Shown: piece after piece, positions 44,915 to 55,415 of the stretch | Layout of the letters: each line of letters opens with the position of its first letter | Numbering within the stretch: position 1 is the first letter of the stretch | DNA from: Minisyncoccia bacterium | GTDB taxonomy: Bacteria > Patescibacteriota > Minisyncoccia > Phycocordibacterales > UBA9973 | Direction of reading: 5' to 3' | DNA length: 64,000 nt | Assembly: GCA_038244685.1 (NCBI GenBank) | Contig: JBBRTD010000002.1 | Coordinates: 2,924 to 66,923 of the forward strand | Notes under the pieces: generated by a model | What the model was told of the DNA's origin: nothing | What the model saw: only the letters and a program-made list of their open reading frames with translations | Database searches by the model: none | Program-made: the position numbers and the translations under genes

Positions 44915-45934
44915 ATGGAAACATCAACACAAACGCAATCGTTAACACCTAGGTTCTTCTTTATTTCATTGGGGGTTATTATTTCTCTTATTACCAGTGC
45001 CTCATCTTTTTTAGTTTTATTTTTTGAGACATTAAATAAAAAGTTTCCAGACGCATTAAATTCTACTTATCAGTATGGATATAATTCATACGATTTTGAA
45101 AGTATTCGAGGTACACTCGCTACTCTTATAATCTTTTTTCCAGTATTTCTACTTTTGTCATATTTCTGGAGAAAATTATCGAAAAATCAACTTGGAGTAA
45201 AAGATACTATTATTTTTAAATGGATGATATATTTGGTTCTTTTCCTGACTAGTCTTCTTACTGTTATTGACTTAGTGACGCTTGTTAGATATTTTGTTTC
45301 AGGAGAAATAACTTCTCGTTTTATATTTAAAGTAATAGGGACAGCAATAATTGCTATTCTAATTGGTTTTAATTATTATTACGAATTAAAAAACCATAAT
45401 AATGAATTAAATAAAAATAAAATTTCTTTGCTCTGTACAATAAAGTCTATTATTATATTTTTTGCATTAATTATTTGGAGTTTTACGGTCATGGGGAGTC
45501 CTAAAGAGCAGCGTGCATGGCGCTTAGATGAAACAAGAACAAATGATTTACAGAATATTCAAAGTCAGGTAATAAATTATTGGCAACAGAAAGATAAATT
45601 GCCAGTCCTTCTAACTGATATATCAAATCCAATTTCTAATTATTCAATTCCAGCTGATCCGGAATTTGATAAAGGTAGAGTTTATGAATATATACCTAAA
45701 GATAAATTATCTTTCGAGCTGTGTGCTACCTTTACTTCAGATATGCCTAAGGGATTAAGAGAATCAAATTATTCTAATGTTAGTGGTCCAATGTATGCAG
45801 GGGGCGATATAAAGACAACCGTCGCAATTCCAGCTTATCCAAGCGGCATAAATGATTCTTGGAATCACAAAATAGGTAGAACTTGTTTCTCTCGTACTAT
45901 CGATAAAGATTTATATCCACCAATTAAGAAATAA
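44915..45934 (+). CDS. Hypothetical integral membrane protein (several TM helices, extracytoplasmic C-terminal domain)
   Basis: ORF plus hydrophobicity. The start is chosen at METSTQ; the ORF track gives 44858. Confidence 0.4.
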   Translation: METSTQTQSLTPRFFFISLGVIISLITSASSFLVLFFETLNKKFPDALNSTYQYGYNSYDFESIRGTLATLIIFFPVFLLLSYFWRKLSKNQLGVKDTIIFKWMIYLVLFLTSLLTVIDLVTLVRYFVSGEITSRFIFKVIGTAIIAILIGFNYYYELKNHNNELNKNKISLLCTIKSIIIFFALIIWSFTVMGSPKEQRAWRLDETRTNDLQNIQSQVINYWQQKDKLPVLLTDISNPISNYSIPADPEFDKGRVYEYIPKDKLSFELCATFTSDMPKGLRESNYSNVSGPMYAGGDIKTTVAIPAYPSGINDSWNHKIGRTCFSRTIDKDLYPPIKK

Positions 45935-45942
45935 AATAAACA

Positions 45943-48261
45943 ATGAAAAATTACGATCATAAAAAAATAGAAAAAAAATGGCAAGGGGAGTGGGATAAGA
46001 GTAAAATTTATGAAGCTAAAACAGGAGCAAAAGGAAAGAGATTTTATGGACTTATAGAATTTCCTTATCCATCAGGAGCAGGTCTTCATGTCGGTCATAT
46101 ACGTAGTAATACAGCCATGGATATCATTACACGTAAGCGTCGTATGGAAGGTTATAACGTTCTTTATCCTATTGGTTGGGATGCTTTCGGTTTGCCGACG
46201 GAGAACTATGCTATTAAAACTGGCATTCAACCGGCAAAAGTTACAAAAATAAATACTGATACATTCCGTAAACAATTAAAATCTGTTGGTTTTGGTTTTG
46301 ATTGGTCAAAAGAAATAGATACGACAAATCCCGCATATTATAAATGGACTCAATGGATATTTTTACAAATGTTCAAAAAAGGCCTAGCTTATAAAACAAA
46401 AACTGAAATCAATTGGTGTCCATCTTGTAAGATTGGTCTTGCTAACGAAGAAGTTGTAGGAGGTTTGTGTGATCGTTGTGGCGGTCCGACCGGTAAAAAA
46501 GAAAAGGAGCAGTGGATGCTTGCTATTACAAAATACGCAGATAGACTAGATAAAGATTTAGATGAAGTAAATTATTTAGAAAAAATAAAAATACAACAAA
46601 GGAATTGGATAGGCAAAAGTGAAGGCAGTGAAATTGAATTTAATATTCAAGATTCAAGTGAAAAAATTAAAGTCTTTACTACAAGAGCTGATACTATTTT
46701 GGGTGCTACATATACAGTGCTTGCCCCTGATCATGAATTAGTAAATAAATTAAAATCACAAATTACGAATTGGATAGAAGTTGAAAATTATATTAAAGAA
46801 GTTAAGGATAAGCCGGAGATTGAAAGAACAGCAGAAGATAAAATAAAAACTGGAGTTGAATTAAAGGGAGTAGTGGCAATTAATCCTGCCAATAAAAAAG
46901 AAATTTCTATTTGGATTGCGGATTATGTACTTTCTACTTATGGAACAGGAGCAATAATGGCCGTACCTATGCATGATGAAAGGGATAGAGAGTTTGCTCT
47001 TAAATTTAATTTGCCAATTTTAGATGAGCCATTTATTGATGCAAAAGAAATAACAGAAAAAGTAGGAGGAAAGATTGTTACAAAATATAAACTTCGTGAT
47101 TGGGTCTTTTCAAGACAAAGATATTGGGGTGAGCCAATTCCAATAATCCATTGTGAAAATTGTGGCTATGTTCCAGTTCCAGAGAAAGACCTTCCTGTAA
47201 TTTTACCGAAAGTTAAATCTTATACACCAACCGATAATGGTGAATCACCACTAGCTTCTATTTCAAAGTGGGTAAATACTACATGCCCTAAGTGTAAAGG
47301 TAAGGCAAAAAGAGAAACCGATACAATGCCAAACTGGGCTGGAAGCTCATGGTATTTTTTACGCTATACAGACCCAAAAAATAATAAAGAACTTGCTTCT
47401 AAAAAAGCATTGTCATATTGGATGAAGGAAGGAGTTGATTGGTATAATGGTGGTATGGAGCATACGACTCTTCACCTTCTGTATTCTCGTTTCTGGCATA
47501 AATTCTTATATGATATCAAGGTTGTTCCTACGAGTGAACCTTATATGAAGAGAACTTCTCACGGAATGATATTAGCTGAAGGTGGTGTAAAAATGTCTAA
47601 ATCAATAGGGAATACCATAGACCCAAAAGACATAGTCTCTTCTTACGGAGCAGATACTTTGCGTATATATGAAATGTTTATGGGTCCATTCGATCAGGCT
47701 GTAACTTGGTCTACAGAAAGCATTATTGGATCACGTCGTTTTTTGGATAAAATTTGGAGAATCGGGGAATCAAAAATTTCTGACGATGTTAAATTGAATA
47801 AAGATTTCCAGACCTTGCTCCATAAAACTATAAAGAAAATTTCAAGTGATATTGAAACAATGAGTTTTAATACGGCTATTTCTTCGATGATGGTTTTCGT
47901 GAATGAAATGGAAAGAATAGAGTCTATAAGCAAGAGCGATTTTAAAATGTTTCTTCAGATTCTTGCTCCTTTTGCTCCGCACCTTACAGAAGAGCTTTGG
48001 AATCATACTGGAGAAAAATCATCGATTCATAAAAGTTCTTGGCCTAAATACAATCCAAAGAAAATAATCGAAGATACAATTAAAATTGCTGTCCAGATAA
48101 ATGGTAAAGTGCGTACAGAAATTTTAATCGGGGTGGATTTAAACGAAGAAGAAATTAAATCTCAAGTATTAAAAGATGAAGTATTAATTCCTTGGTTAGA
48201 AAATAAAGAAATTAAGCGCTTTATTTATGTTAAGGGTCGCATTGTGAATATCGTGGTCTAG
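45943..48261 (+). CDS. leuS: Leucyl-tRNA synthetase
   Basis: HIGH motif HVGHIRS, KMSKS motif VKMSKSIGN, LeuRS-specific editing/zinc regions (CPSCK...CDRCG). 772 aa. Confidence 0.85.
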   Translation: MKNYDHKKIEKKWQGEWDKSKIYEAKTGAKGKRFYGLIEFPYPSGAGLHVGHIRSNTAMDIITRKRRMEGYNVLYPIGWDAFGLPTENYAIKTGIQPAKVTKINTDTFRKQLKSVGFGFDWSKEIDTTNPAYYKWTQWIFLQMFKKGLAYKTKTEINWCPSCKIGLANEEVVGGLCDRCGGPTGKKEKEQWMLAITKYADRLDKDLDEVNYLEKIKIQQRNWIGKSEGSEIEFNIQDSSEKIKVFTTRADTILGATYTVLAPDHELVNKLKSQITNWIEVENYIKEVKDKPEIERTAEDKIKTGVELKGVVAINPANKKEISIWIADYVLSTYGTGAIMAVPMHDERDREFALKFNLPILDEPFIDAKEITEKVGGKIVTKYKLRDWVFSRQRYWGEPIPIIHCENCGYVPVPEKDLPVILPKVKSYTPTDNGESPLASISKWVNTTCPKCKGKAKRETDTMPNWAGSSWYFLRYTDPKNNKELASKKALSYWMKEGVDWYNGGMEHTTLHLLYSRFWHKFLYDIKVVPTSEPYMKRTSHGMILAEGGVKMSKSIGNTIDPKDIVSSYGADTLRIYEMFMGPFDQAVTWSTESIIGSRRFLDKIWRIGESKISDDVKLNKDFQTLLHKTIKKISSDIETMSFNTAISSMMVFVNEMERIESISKSDFKMFLQILAPFAPHLTEELWNHTGEKSSIHKSSWPKYNPKKIIEDTIKIAVQINGKVRTEILIGVDLNEEEIKSQVLKDEVLIPWLENKEIKRFIYVKGRIVNIVV

Positions 48262-48315
48262 TCTTATTTATTTTTATTAAGTATAATATATTTATTAGTA
48301 ATCATTATCAAAAAT

Positions 48316-50667
48316 ATGGAATCAAAAAGAATAGAATTTTTTAACAAGTTATCTTTCATTACATTATTATCAACGTTGTTTTTATCTTTGTTTTTCTTCA
48401 TACCTTATGTTCCCGTAACATTAGATGCAAGTAAGGGATTTTTGTTGTCTATAGGGACTACTCTCTCTGTATTCTTTTGGTTAATAGCAAGACTAGGGGA
48501 AGGAAAATTTACTGTTCCGAAGGATAGATTAATTATTCTTGCTGCTGTTATTCCTCTCGTCTTTTTGATTTCATCTTTATTCTCATCATCTCTATATATT
48601 TCAATGTTCGGAAACGGCTTTGAAATGGGAACTTTTGGTTCCATGCTTATACTATTTGTTATCTTCTTTTTGTCTTCAATGTATTTTCAAACAGAGAAGC
48701 GCTTATGGTATTTCTTCGGATCTCTTTTCCTTGGAGCATTGATTTTGTCTGTGTTTGAATTGTTCAATATGTTTATTGGCTTTGAACGTTTCTTCCCAGG
48801 TATTTTAAAGGGTATTTCATCCGGCAATCTTGTCGGTAGTTGGAATAATTTTGCTTTGCTTTTTGGTTTGATAATTCTTTTGTCTGTATTTACTATTGAA
48901 TTCTTAAAATCAAAAGGATTCTTTCTTTTTGTTCAGTATTTTCTATTAGTTACAGGATTATTCTTTCTAGTTGTAGTGAATATACCGCTTGTTTGGCTTC
49001 TAGTTGGATTATTTTCAGTTGTTATATTTGTTTACAGTGTTTCTATCCAGCATGCTGGAATTAAAATTGTTCACGGCGGCGGAGAAAAGAAAAGATTTCC
49101 ATTTGCGGCTCTTATTGTAGTATTTATTTGTCTTTCTTTTTTAATAGGCAGTAATTCTCTTGGTGGATTAATATCGAAATATATAAATCTTTCAAATCCA
49201 GAAGTTCGTCCATCTATCGTTACTACATCTCAGATTGCTTGGAAATCAATTAAGCACAATCCTTTATTAGGTACTGGTCCAAATACTTTCGCAATAGATT
49301 GGGCTCTATGGCAGCCAAAAGAAATTGCTTCAACAATTTTTTGGAATTCAGATTTTAACAATGGTTTTAGTACTCTATCTACTTTTGTTGTTACTACAGG
49401 TATCTTGGGTCTTCTTGCTTGGATTGCATTCTTTATTATTTTTGTAATTAGAGGAATTCAATCTCTTCGAGTTGCACTTAAAGATCCACTCTCGAATTAT
49501 TTTATACTGACAACCTTTATGGTTTCTTTATATTCTTGGATTACATTCATTATCTATACACCAAATATTATAATGTTAATGTTAGCCTTTTCTTCAAGTG
49601 GTATTTTGATTGGAATACTTGTTTACAGACAAGTTATTGGTACAAAAGAAATTTCATTCTTGAATGATCCTAGAAATAGTTTCTTCGCCATTCTTTCTTT
49701 GATGGTCCTTATGATTGGAACATTATCTGTTTCTTATTTGTATGTCGAAAAATTTACTTCAGTTATTTATTTCTCTAAAGGTTTAAATGCAAATAGCACA
49801 ATGGATTCTCTTGTTCGCTCAGAGAAAATGCTTACAAATGCTATTTCTTTAGATAAGAATGATGTTTATTACAGAACGCTTTCTCAGGTTTATATAGCAG
49901 AGATAGGAGTTTTAGTTAATGATGAAAAAATTTCACAAGATACATTGAAATCAACTCTTCAGCAGCTTATAAATTATGCTCAGAATTCAGCTTCACTTGC
50001 TGTTAGCCAGAATCCTAAACAGTATTTGAATTATGTTAATTTAGGTAATGTCTATGCAGCATTGGTTCCTTTGTCTGTAGATGGTAGTTATGAAAGTTCA
50101 ATTAGTTCTTACACTAAGGCTCAAGCTTTAGCTCCAAATAATCCTTCTATAATATTAGCCAAAGCTCAATTGGAATTCTCCAAAAAGAATACTGAAGAAG
50201 CAAGAAAGTTAATAGATCAAGCTCTTAGTCTTAAATTAAATTATACAGACGCACTATTCCTTCTTGCTCAAATTGAATCAAGTGAAGGGAATAATGCTTT
50301 AGCAATTAAGCAAGTTGAAAAGGCCGCTCAGATATCACCAAACGATTCAACTATATTCTTTAGATTAGGATTACTACGTTACAATAACTCCGAATTTGAG
50401 ACTGCTAAAAATGCATTTGAACAAGCTGTTATTTTAGATAATACTTACTTGAATGCTCGTTTCTTCCTTGGTAAGTCATACCAATCTTTGGGACGTAATG
50501 GAGATGCCTTAATTCAATTTAAGATATTAGCTAAGGTCTTACCAGATAATCAAGATATTAAAAAAGCTATTGAGTCTCTATCTGTTGTTTCAGCTCCAAT
50601 AACTCCTGCTACAACAACTGTTGATACTAAAACAATAAAAGGTAAAACAACTACAAAGACACAATAA
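48316..50667 (+). CDS. O-antigen ligase/polymerase-like (Wzy_C-type) polytopic membrane protein with a C-terminal TPR-repeat domain
   Basis: ~12 TM helices with an HNPLLGTGPNTF loop motif typical of the O-antigen-ligase family. The C-terminal ~250 aa contains several TPR-like 34-aa repeats. Confidence 0.5.
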   Translation: MESKRIEFFNKLSFITLLSTLFLSLFFFIPYVPVTLDASKGFLLSIGTTLSVFFWLIARLGEGKFTVPKDRLIILAAVIPLVFLISSLFSSSLYISMFGNGFEMGTFGSMLILFVIFFLSSMYFQTEKRLWYFFGSLFLGALILSVFELFNMFIGFERFFPGILKGISSGNLVGSWNNFALLFGLIILLSVFTIEFLKSKGFFLFVQYFLLVTGLFFLVVVNIPLVWLLVGLFSVVIFVYSVSIQHAGIKIVHGGGEKKRFPFAALIVVFICLSFLIGSNSLGGLISKYINLSNPEVRPSIVTTSQIAWKSIKHNPLLGTGPNTFAIDWALWQPKEIASTIFWNSDFNNGFSTLSTFVVTTGILGLLAWIAFFIIFVIRGIQSLRVALKDPLSNYFILTTFMVSLYSWITFIIYTPNIIMLMLAFSSSGILIGILVYRQVIGTKEISFLNDPRNSFFAILSLMVLMIGTLSVSYLYVEKFTSVIYFSKGLNANSTMDSLVRSEKMLTNAISLDKNDVYYRTLSQVYIAEIGVLVNDEKISQDTLKSTLQQLINYAQNSASLAVSQNPKQYLNYVNLGNVYAALVPLSVDGSYESSISSYTKAQALAPNNPSIILAKAQLEFSKKNTEEARKLIDQALSLKLNYTDALFLLAQIESSEGNNALAIKQVEKAAQISPNDSTIFFRLGLLRYNNSEFETAKNAFEQAVILDNTYLNARFFLGKSYQSLGRNGDALIQFKILAKVLPDNQDIKKAIESLSVVSAPITPATTTVDTKTIKGKTTTKTQ

Positions 50668-50682
50668 AAATAGTTTAGTTTA

Positions 50683-52368
50683 ATGCCAAAAAAGATACTA
50701 ACATTTTTTAATAGAGAATTTAATGGGATAAACGAAGCCGCCTTATTGCTTGGCGGTTTCGCTTTTCTTTCACAACTGCTTGGACTAATCCGAGACAGAA
50801 CTCTTGCAAGTATTATAGGGGCTGGTCCTGTACTTGATACATACTATGCTGCATTTCGCGTTCCAGATTTCTTGTATATTTCTATTGCTTCCTTAGCTTC
50901 TATTACTGTTCTTTTGCCTTTCTTGATGAATAAAATTAATAGTGATGATGAAGGCAAGAAAGCCCGGCTTTTCCTAAATAATATATTTAGTGCTTATATG
51001 CTTTTCATGATTGTTATAAGCTTAATTGTGGCTTTATTAATGCCTTACATTGCGTATTATATTGCTCCTGGATTTTCTTCTGCGCAATTATCATCTCTTG
51101 TTATTACCAGTCGTATTATGTTGCTTTCGCCTATCTTTATAGGTCTATCAAACTTAATTGGCACAGTAACACAATTATTTAAAAACTTTTTCATTTTTTC
51201 CTTGTCGCCTATATTTTATAATTTAGGTATTTTATTTGGAATTGTATATTTTTATCCTATTTTTGGAGTGTATGGTTTAGCCTTTGGGGTTATATTGGGA
51301 GCGATTATGCATTTGCTTATTCAAATTCCAATTGTAATTCACCATGGTCTATTTCCTAAAATTACTTTTAAAATAAATTGGAAAGAAATATTTGAAGTAA
51401 TGAAGCTTTCATTTCCGAGAACCTTAGCTTTATCTTGTAATAGTCTCGCTTTCATAGTTCTAATTGCTATGGCGTCAACGTTGAAAGAAGGTTCTATTTC
51501 TCTATTTACTTTTTCTTTTAATTTACAATCTGTTCCTGTTGGAATAATTGGTATTTCTTATTCCGTTGCGGCTTTTCCTGTTTTAGTAAAATCATTCTCC
51601 CTAAAAGAAATGGATAAATTTATTGATCACATAATAGGAGCGGCTAAGCAAATAATATTTTGGACATTGCCCGTTATAGCTTTAATTATAATTCTTCGTG
51701 CTCAGATAATACGTGTCATACTTGGGTCTGGCACTTTCTCATGGTCCGACACAAGACTTACAGCCGCCGCTGTCGCTCTTTTTGTGATTTCACTTGCTTC
51801 ACAGAGTTTAGTTCTTTTGTTTGTCCGAGGGTATTATGCTGCTTCTAAAACTAAAAAACCATTGATTGTAAACATGTTCTCATCTCTTATGGTAATTATT
51901 TTTGCATATATAATTTTAGGTATTTTTAAATATTATCCTGGCACTTTAAATATTATTGAAACAATTCTTCGTGTAAAAAATGTTCCAGGGACAATCATGC
52001 TGGCCCTTCCACTGGCTTATGCATTGGGCTCACTTCTTAATTTCTTTTTGATATGGATTTTATTTAATCGAGATTTTCTAAGTTCAAGAAGAAATATGTT
52101 AAGTAGGACATTTTTTGAGAGTCTTTTGGGTGCTATTACAATGGGACTTTTTTCTTACATTTCTCTTAATTTTTTCAGTAAAATATTTGATCTTGATACA
52201 TTTTGGGAAATTTTATTCCAAGGTTTATTTTCCGGTTTAATCGGTATATCTTTTGGTCTATTGGTTTTATTTTTATTTAAAAATAAAGAATTATTATCTA
52301 TAGTAAAAACTCTTAGTCATAAACTCTCTAGTAATCGTATCGTTGTTCCAGAACAGGGAGAATTATAG
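50683..52368 (+). CDS. murJ: Lipid II flippase MurJ (MviN)
   Basis: N-terminal LLGLIRDRTLASIIGAG..DTYYAAFRVPDFLY matches the MurJ signature. 14 TM helices, 561 aa. Confidence 0.8.
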   Translation: MPKKILTFFNREFNGINEAALLLGGFAFLSQLLGLIRDRTLASIIGAGPVLDTYYAAFRVPDFLYISIASLASITVLLPFLMNKINSDDEGKKARLFLNNIFSAYMLFMIVISLIVALLMPYIAYYIAPGFSSAQLSSLVITSRIMLLSPIFIGLSNLIGTVTQLFKNFFIFSLSPIFYNLGILFGIVYFYPIFGVYGLAFGVILGAIMHLLIQIPIVIHHGLFPKITFKINWKEIFEVMKLSFPRTLALSCNSLAFIVLIAMASTLKEGSISLFTFSFNLQSVPVGIIGISYSVAAFPVLVKSFSLKEMDKFIDHIIGAAKQIIFWTLPVIALIIILRAQIIRVILGSGTFSWSDTRLTAAAVALFVISLASQSLVLLFVRGYYAASKTKKPLIVNMFSSLMVIIFAYIILGIFKYYPGTLNIIETILRVKNVPGTIMLALPLAYALGSLLNFFLIWILFNRDFLSSRRNMLSRTFFESLLGAITMGLFSYISLNFFSKIFDLDTFWEILFQGLFSGLIGISFGLLVLFLFKNKELLSIVKTLSHKLSSNRIVVPEQGEL

Positions 52369-52419
52369 GCCATCTTTATTTTACTTTTGTTTTAAGGCTT
52401 TTTTTGCTAGTATAAGGGA

Positions 52420-54237
52420 ATGGATATTAAATCTATTAGAAATTTTTCAATTATTGCCCACATTGATCACGGCAAGAGTACTTTGGCTGACAGAATGCTT
52501 GAAGTAACAGGTACAATAGAAAAACGCAAAATGAAAGACCAAGTTCTTGATTCTATGGAATTAGAAAGAGAGCGTGGTATTACTATTAAAATGCAGCCAG
52601 TCCGCATGGAGTATACTTTAGATGACGAGAAGTATATTTTAAACTTAATTGACACTCCTGGCCACATAGATTTTTCGTATGAAGTATCTCGCGCTCTTAA
52701 GGCCGTAGAAGGCTCAATTTTGCTTGTAGACGCAACTCAGGGTGTTCAAGCTCAAACACTTACGACCTTACAAATGGCCCGCGACCTAGGTCTTGTTATC
52801 ATTCCTGTTGTTTCAAAGATAGATTCACCTTTGGCTAGAGTTGATGAAGTTAAAATGGAAGTTGCTTTACTTTTGGATATTGATCCAGATACGATAATGA
52901 TGGTTTCTGGTAAAACGGGTGAAGGGGTTAAAGATTTACTTTCCCATATAATTAAAAAAATTCCATCTCCAAAAGAATATGAAGTTGTGAATGGTACAGG
53001 TAGAGCCTTAGTCTTTGATTTTAAATATGATAATCACAGAGGGGTTATTGTTTATGTTCGTGTTATAGATGGAGAGTTTAGAAAAGGAGAATCACTTCTT
53101 TTTGCTGTTTCCTCAGAGAAATTTATTAGTCTTGAGGTTGGAACTTTTTCTCCAGAAGAAGAAATGAAAGATACAATTGGAACAGGGGAAATCGGCTATA
53201 TTGTTACGGGGATTAAGAAGCCTGGAATTGCTTCCGTTGGAGATACTATAACTTATACGAAGAAACCTTCAGTGGCCTTACCTGGATATATGAATCCTAA
53301 GCCAGTTGTTTGGGCCTCAATGTACCCAGAAAGTCAAGATGATTTTCCAAATTTAAAACAAGCCCTAGGCCGATTACGTTTATCGGACTCATCATTTTCT
53401 TACGAAGAGGAATCTTCTGGTTCTCTTGGACGAGGCTTTCGTTGTGGTTTTCTTGGGATGCTTCACTTGGAAATTATTGCAGAAAGGTTGAACAGAGAAT
53501 TCGATTTGGAGCTTATTGTTACAATGCCATCAATTACTTATAAGGTAGAACTTCGTAATGGTAAGGAAGAAACGATTTATTCTCCACATCTTTTCCCTGA
53601 CGATGGAAATGTATTAAAAATATTTGAGCCATGGGTAAATGTTAAAATCATTACTCCGTCTATCTACACTAGTTTTCTAATGCCATTTTTGTATGAGCAT
53701 GAAGCTCTTATTAAAAGTACTGAAAATTTTGGAGATAATAGATCTTCAATTGATTTGGAGATGCCACTTCGTGAACTAATGAGAAATTTCTTTGATGACA
53801 TGAAAAGTCTTACTTCTGGTTATGCATCTATTTCATATGAAATTGCTGACTACAAAGAAGCTGATGTAGTGCGTATGGATATTATTGTGGCGAATGAAGT
53901 AATGCCGGCCTTTTGTAGAGTTGTATCTAGGAGACGAGTTGAAGATGAGGCAAAATTCCAAGTTGAAAAGTTACAGAAAATTATCCCCAGGCAGCAGTTT
54001 GCTTTTAAAATACAAGCTAAGGCTCTTGGTCGGATTATCTCATCTGAGGCCGTGTCTGCATACCGTAAAGATGTGCTTATGCATGGTAGTAAGGTTGTAG
54101 GAGGTGGAGATGTAAGTCGTAAAAAGAAACTTCTTGAAAAGCAGAAGAAAGGTAAAAAGAGAATGCAATCAAGTGCAAAAATAAACATCTCTCACGAGGT
54201 GTTCCTAAAAATGATGCGAAGTAGTAATGACAAGTAA
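52420..54237 (+). CDS. lepA: Elongation factor 4 (LepA)
   Basis: NFSIIAHIDHGKSTLADRML, DTPGHIDF and the LepA-specific C-terminal domain. Confidence 0.9.
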   Translation: MDIKSIRNFSIIAHIDHGKSTLADRMLEVTGTIEKRKMKDQVLDSMELERERGITIKMQPVRMEYTLDDEKYILNLIDTPGHIDFSYEVSRALKAVEGSILLVDATQGVQAQTLTTLQMARDLGLVIIPVVSKIDSPLARVDEVKMEVALLLDIDPDTIMMVSGKTGEGVKDLLSHIIKKIPSPKEYEVVNGTGRALVFDFKYDNHRGVIVYVRVIDGEFRKGESLLFAVSSEKFISLEVGTFSPEEEMKDTIGTGEIGYIVTGIKKPGIASVGDTITYTKKPSVALPGYMNPKPVVWASMYPESQDDFPNLKQALGRLRLSDSSFSYEEESSGSLGRGFRCGFLGMLHLEIIAERLNREFDLELIVTMPSITYKVELRNGKEETIYSPHLFPDDGNVLKIFEPWVNVKIITPSIYTSFLMPFLYEHEALIKSTENFGDNRSSIDLEMPLRELMRNFFDDMKSLTSGYASISYEIADYKEADVVRMDIIVANEVMPAFCRVVSRRRVEDEAKFQVEKLQKIIPRQQFAFKIQAKALGRIISSEAVSAYRKDVLMHGSKVVGGGDVSRKKKLLEKQKKGKKRMQSSAKINISHEVFLKMMRSSNDK

Positions 54238-54333
54238 TTATTAAAACAAACTTGGCATATAAAGTAGTATCATACTTACAATTACCAATATTGAAATTAC
54301 TGCAAAAACCTTCTCTACCTTTTTTTTATTTTT

Positions 54334-54753
54334 TTGACCGAAAAACATGATATAATAATAGCATTAAAAATGTCGGAATTCAATAGAAAAAATAAAAACA
54401 ATTTTTGGCATTCACCATTAGTCCTAATAGTGCTATTTTGTATTTTAATTTTATTTGTTTTCAATATAATAGGTTTAGCTGAAAAAGAAAGAGAAACCGC
54501 CAAGAAAAAAGATATAGAGTTATCGAAGATTGAAAATCTTCGTATTCGAGAGAAAACTCTTACCGACGATATCAGTAGGCTAAAGACAGAAGAAGGAATA
54601 GAAGAAACAATAAGAGATAAATATCAAGTTGTAAAAGAAGGCGAAAAAATGGTTGTAATTGTGGATGAAGAGACGAAAGAAGTAACACCCCCGGTAGAAA
54701 AAAATACCGGGCACGGTTTTATTTTTTGGTTAGAAGGTATTTTTAAAAAATAG
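54334..54753 (+). CDS. Septum-formation initiator family protein (FtsB/DivIC-like: TM + coiled coil)
   Basis: Single TM helix, coiled coil, C-terminal EEGIEETIRDKYQVVKEGEKMVVI resembling the FtsB tail. The start is possibly the internal Met at 54370. Confidence 0.55.
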   Translation: MTEKHDIIIALKMSEFNRKNKNNFWHSPLVLIVLFCILILFVFNIIGLAEKERETAKKKDIELSKIENLRIREKTLTDDISRLKTEEGIEETIRDKYQVVKEGEKMVVIVDEETKEVTPPVEKNTGHGFIFWLEGIFKK

Positions 54754-54778
54754 TATTGTATTTTTTTTGATAGAAAGA

Positions 54779-54849
54779 GCAGGATTGGTTTAGTGGTAGA
54801 ATGCGACCTTCCCAAGGTTGAGGCACGAGTTCGATTCTCGTATCCCGCA
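54779..54849 (+). tRNA. tRNA-Gly (anticodon CCC)
   Basis: GCAGGATTGGTTTAGTGGTAGAATGCGACCTTCCCAAGGTTGAGGCACGAGTTCGATTCTCGTATCCCGCA forms a cloverleaf with anticodon loop TTCCCAA and an A3-C70 mismatch in the acceptor stem. Confidence 0.7.
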
Positions 54850-54927
54850 CATATATAAAAACTTTTGAAAAGTTATACTGAAGCCTATGCTCTTCAATCA
54901 GAGTAATCGCGGTCTCGTATTGCGCAC

Positions 54928-54968
54928 AATTCTGTCAAGATTTGTATATTTTTCGTCTATGGTATAAT
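54928..54968 (+). promoter_or_regulatory. Sigma70-type promoter with extended -10 (TTGTAT - 15 bp - TGgTATAAT) upstream of the glutaredoxin gene
   Basis: tttgtatatttttcgtctatggtataat ends ~40 bp before the ATG at 55010. Confidence 0.5.
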
Positions 54969-55009
54969 CATAGTAGTTTTCAAATTATAAGTTAATTATT
55001 ATAAATATA

Positions 55010-55252
55010 ATGAATAAAGTAAAAATATACAGTACGCCTACATGCCATTTTTGTCATATGGCAAAAGATTTTTTCAAGGAAAAAGGTGTAGAATTTGAAG
55101 ATTTTGATGTATCTACAGATCTTGAAAAGAGAAAAGAAATGCTTGAGCGTAGCGGTCAGATGGGTGTTCCTGTGATCATTTTAAATGATAAAGATTTAAT
55201 TGTAGGCTTTAATAAGACAAAAATAGTAGAAATTTTAGGAATAACAGAGTAG
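55010..55252 (+). CDS. Glutaredoxin-family small redox protein (CxxC)
   Basis: YSTPTCHFCHMAKDFF...GVPVIIL thioredoxin-fold pattern. 80 aa. Confidence 0.75.
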   Translation: MNKVKIYSTPTCHFCHMAKDFFKEKGVEFEDFDVSTDLEKRKEMLERSGQMGVPVIILNDKDLIVGFNKTKIVEILGITE

Positions 55253-55278
55253 CATTATTTCATTTTTTGACGTATTAT

Positions 55279-55306
55279 AAAAGCACCAGAAATGGTGCTT
55301 TTATAG
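55279..55306 (+). terminator. Rho-independent terminator (aagcacca gaaa tggtgctt + ttat)
   Basis: 8-bp perfect stem after the glutaredoxin stop. Confidence 0.6.
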
Positions 55307-55309
55307 TTT

Positions 55310-55381
55310 GCCCTCGTAGTTCAATGGATAGAACAGTTCCGTCCTAAGGAATAGATGTAGGTTCGATTCCCGCCGGGGGCA
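55310..55381 (+). tRNA. tRNA-Arg (anticodon CCU)
   Basis: GCCCTCGTAGTTCAATGGATAGAACAGTTCCGTCCTAAGGAATAGATGTAGGTTCGATTCCCGCCGGGGGCA. The acceptor is GCCCTCG/CGGGGGC, the anticodon loop GTCCTAA, and there is one T-stem mismatch. Confidence 0.6.
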
Positions 55382-55415
55382 CAATATATTTTATTATTTA
55401 GTAATTATAAAAATT

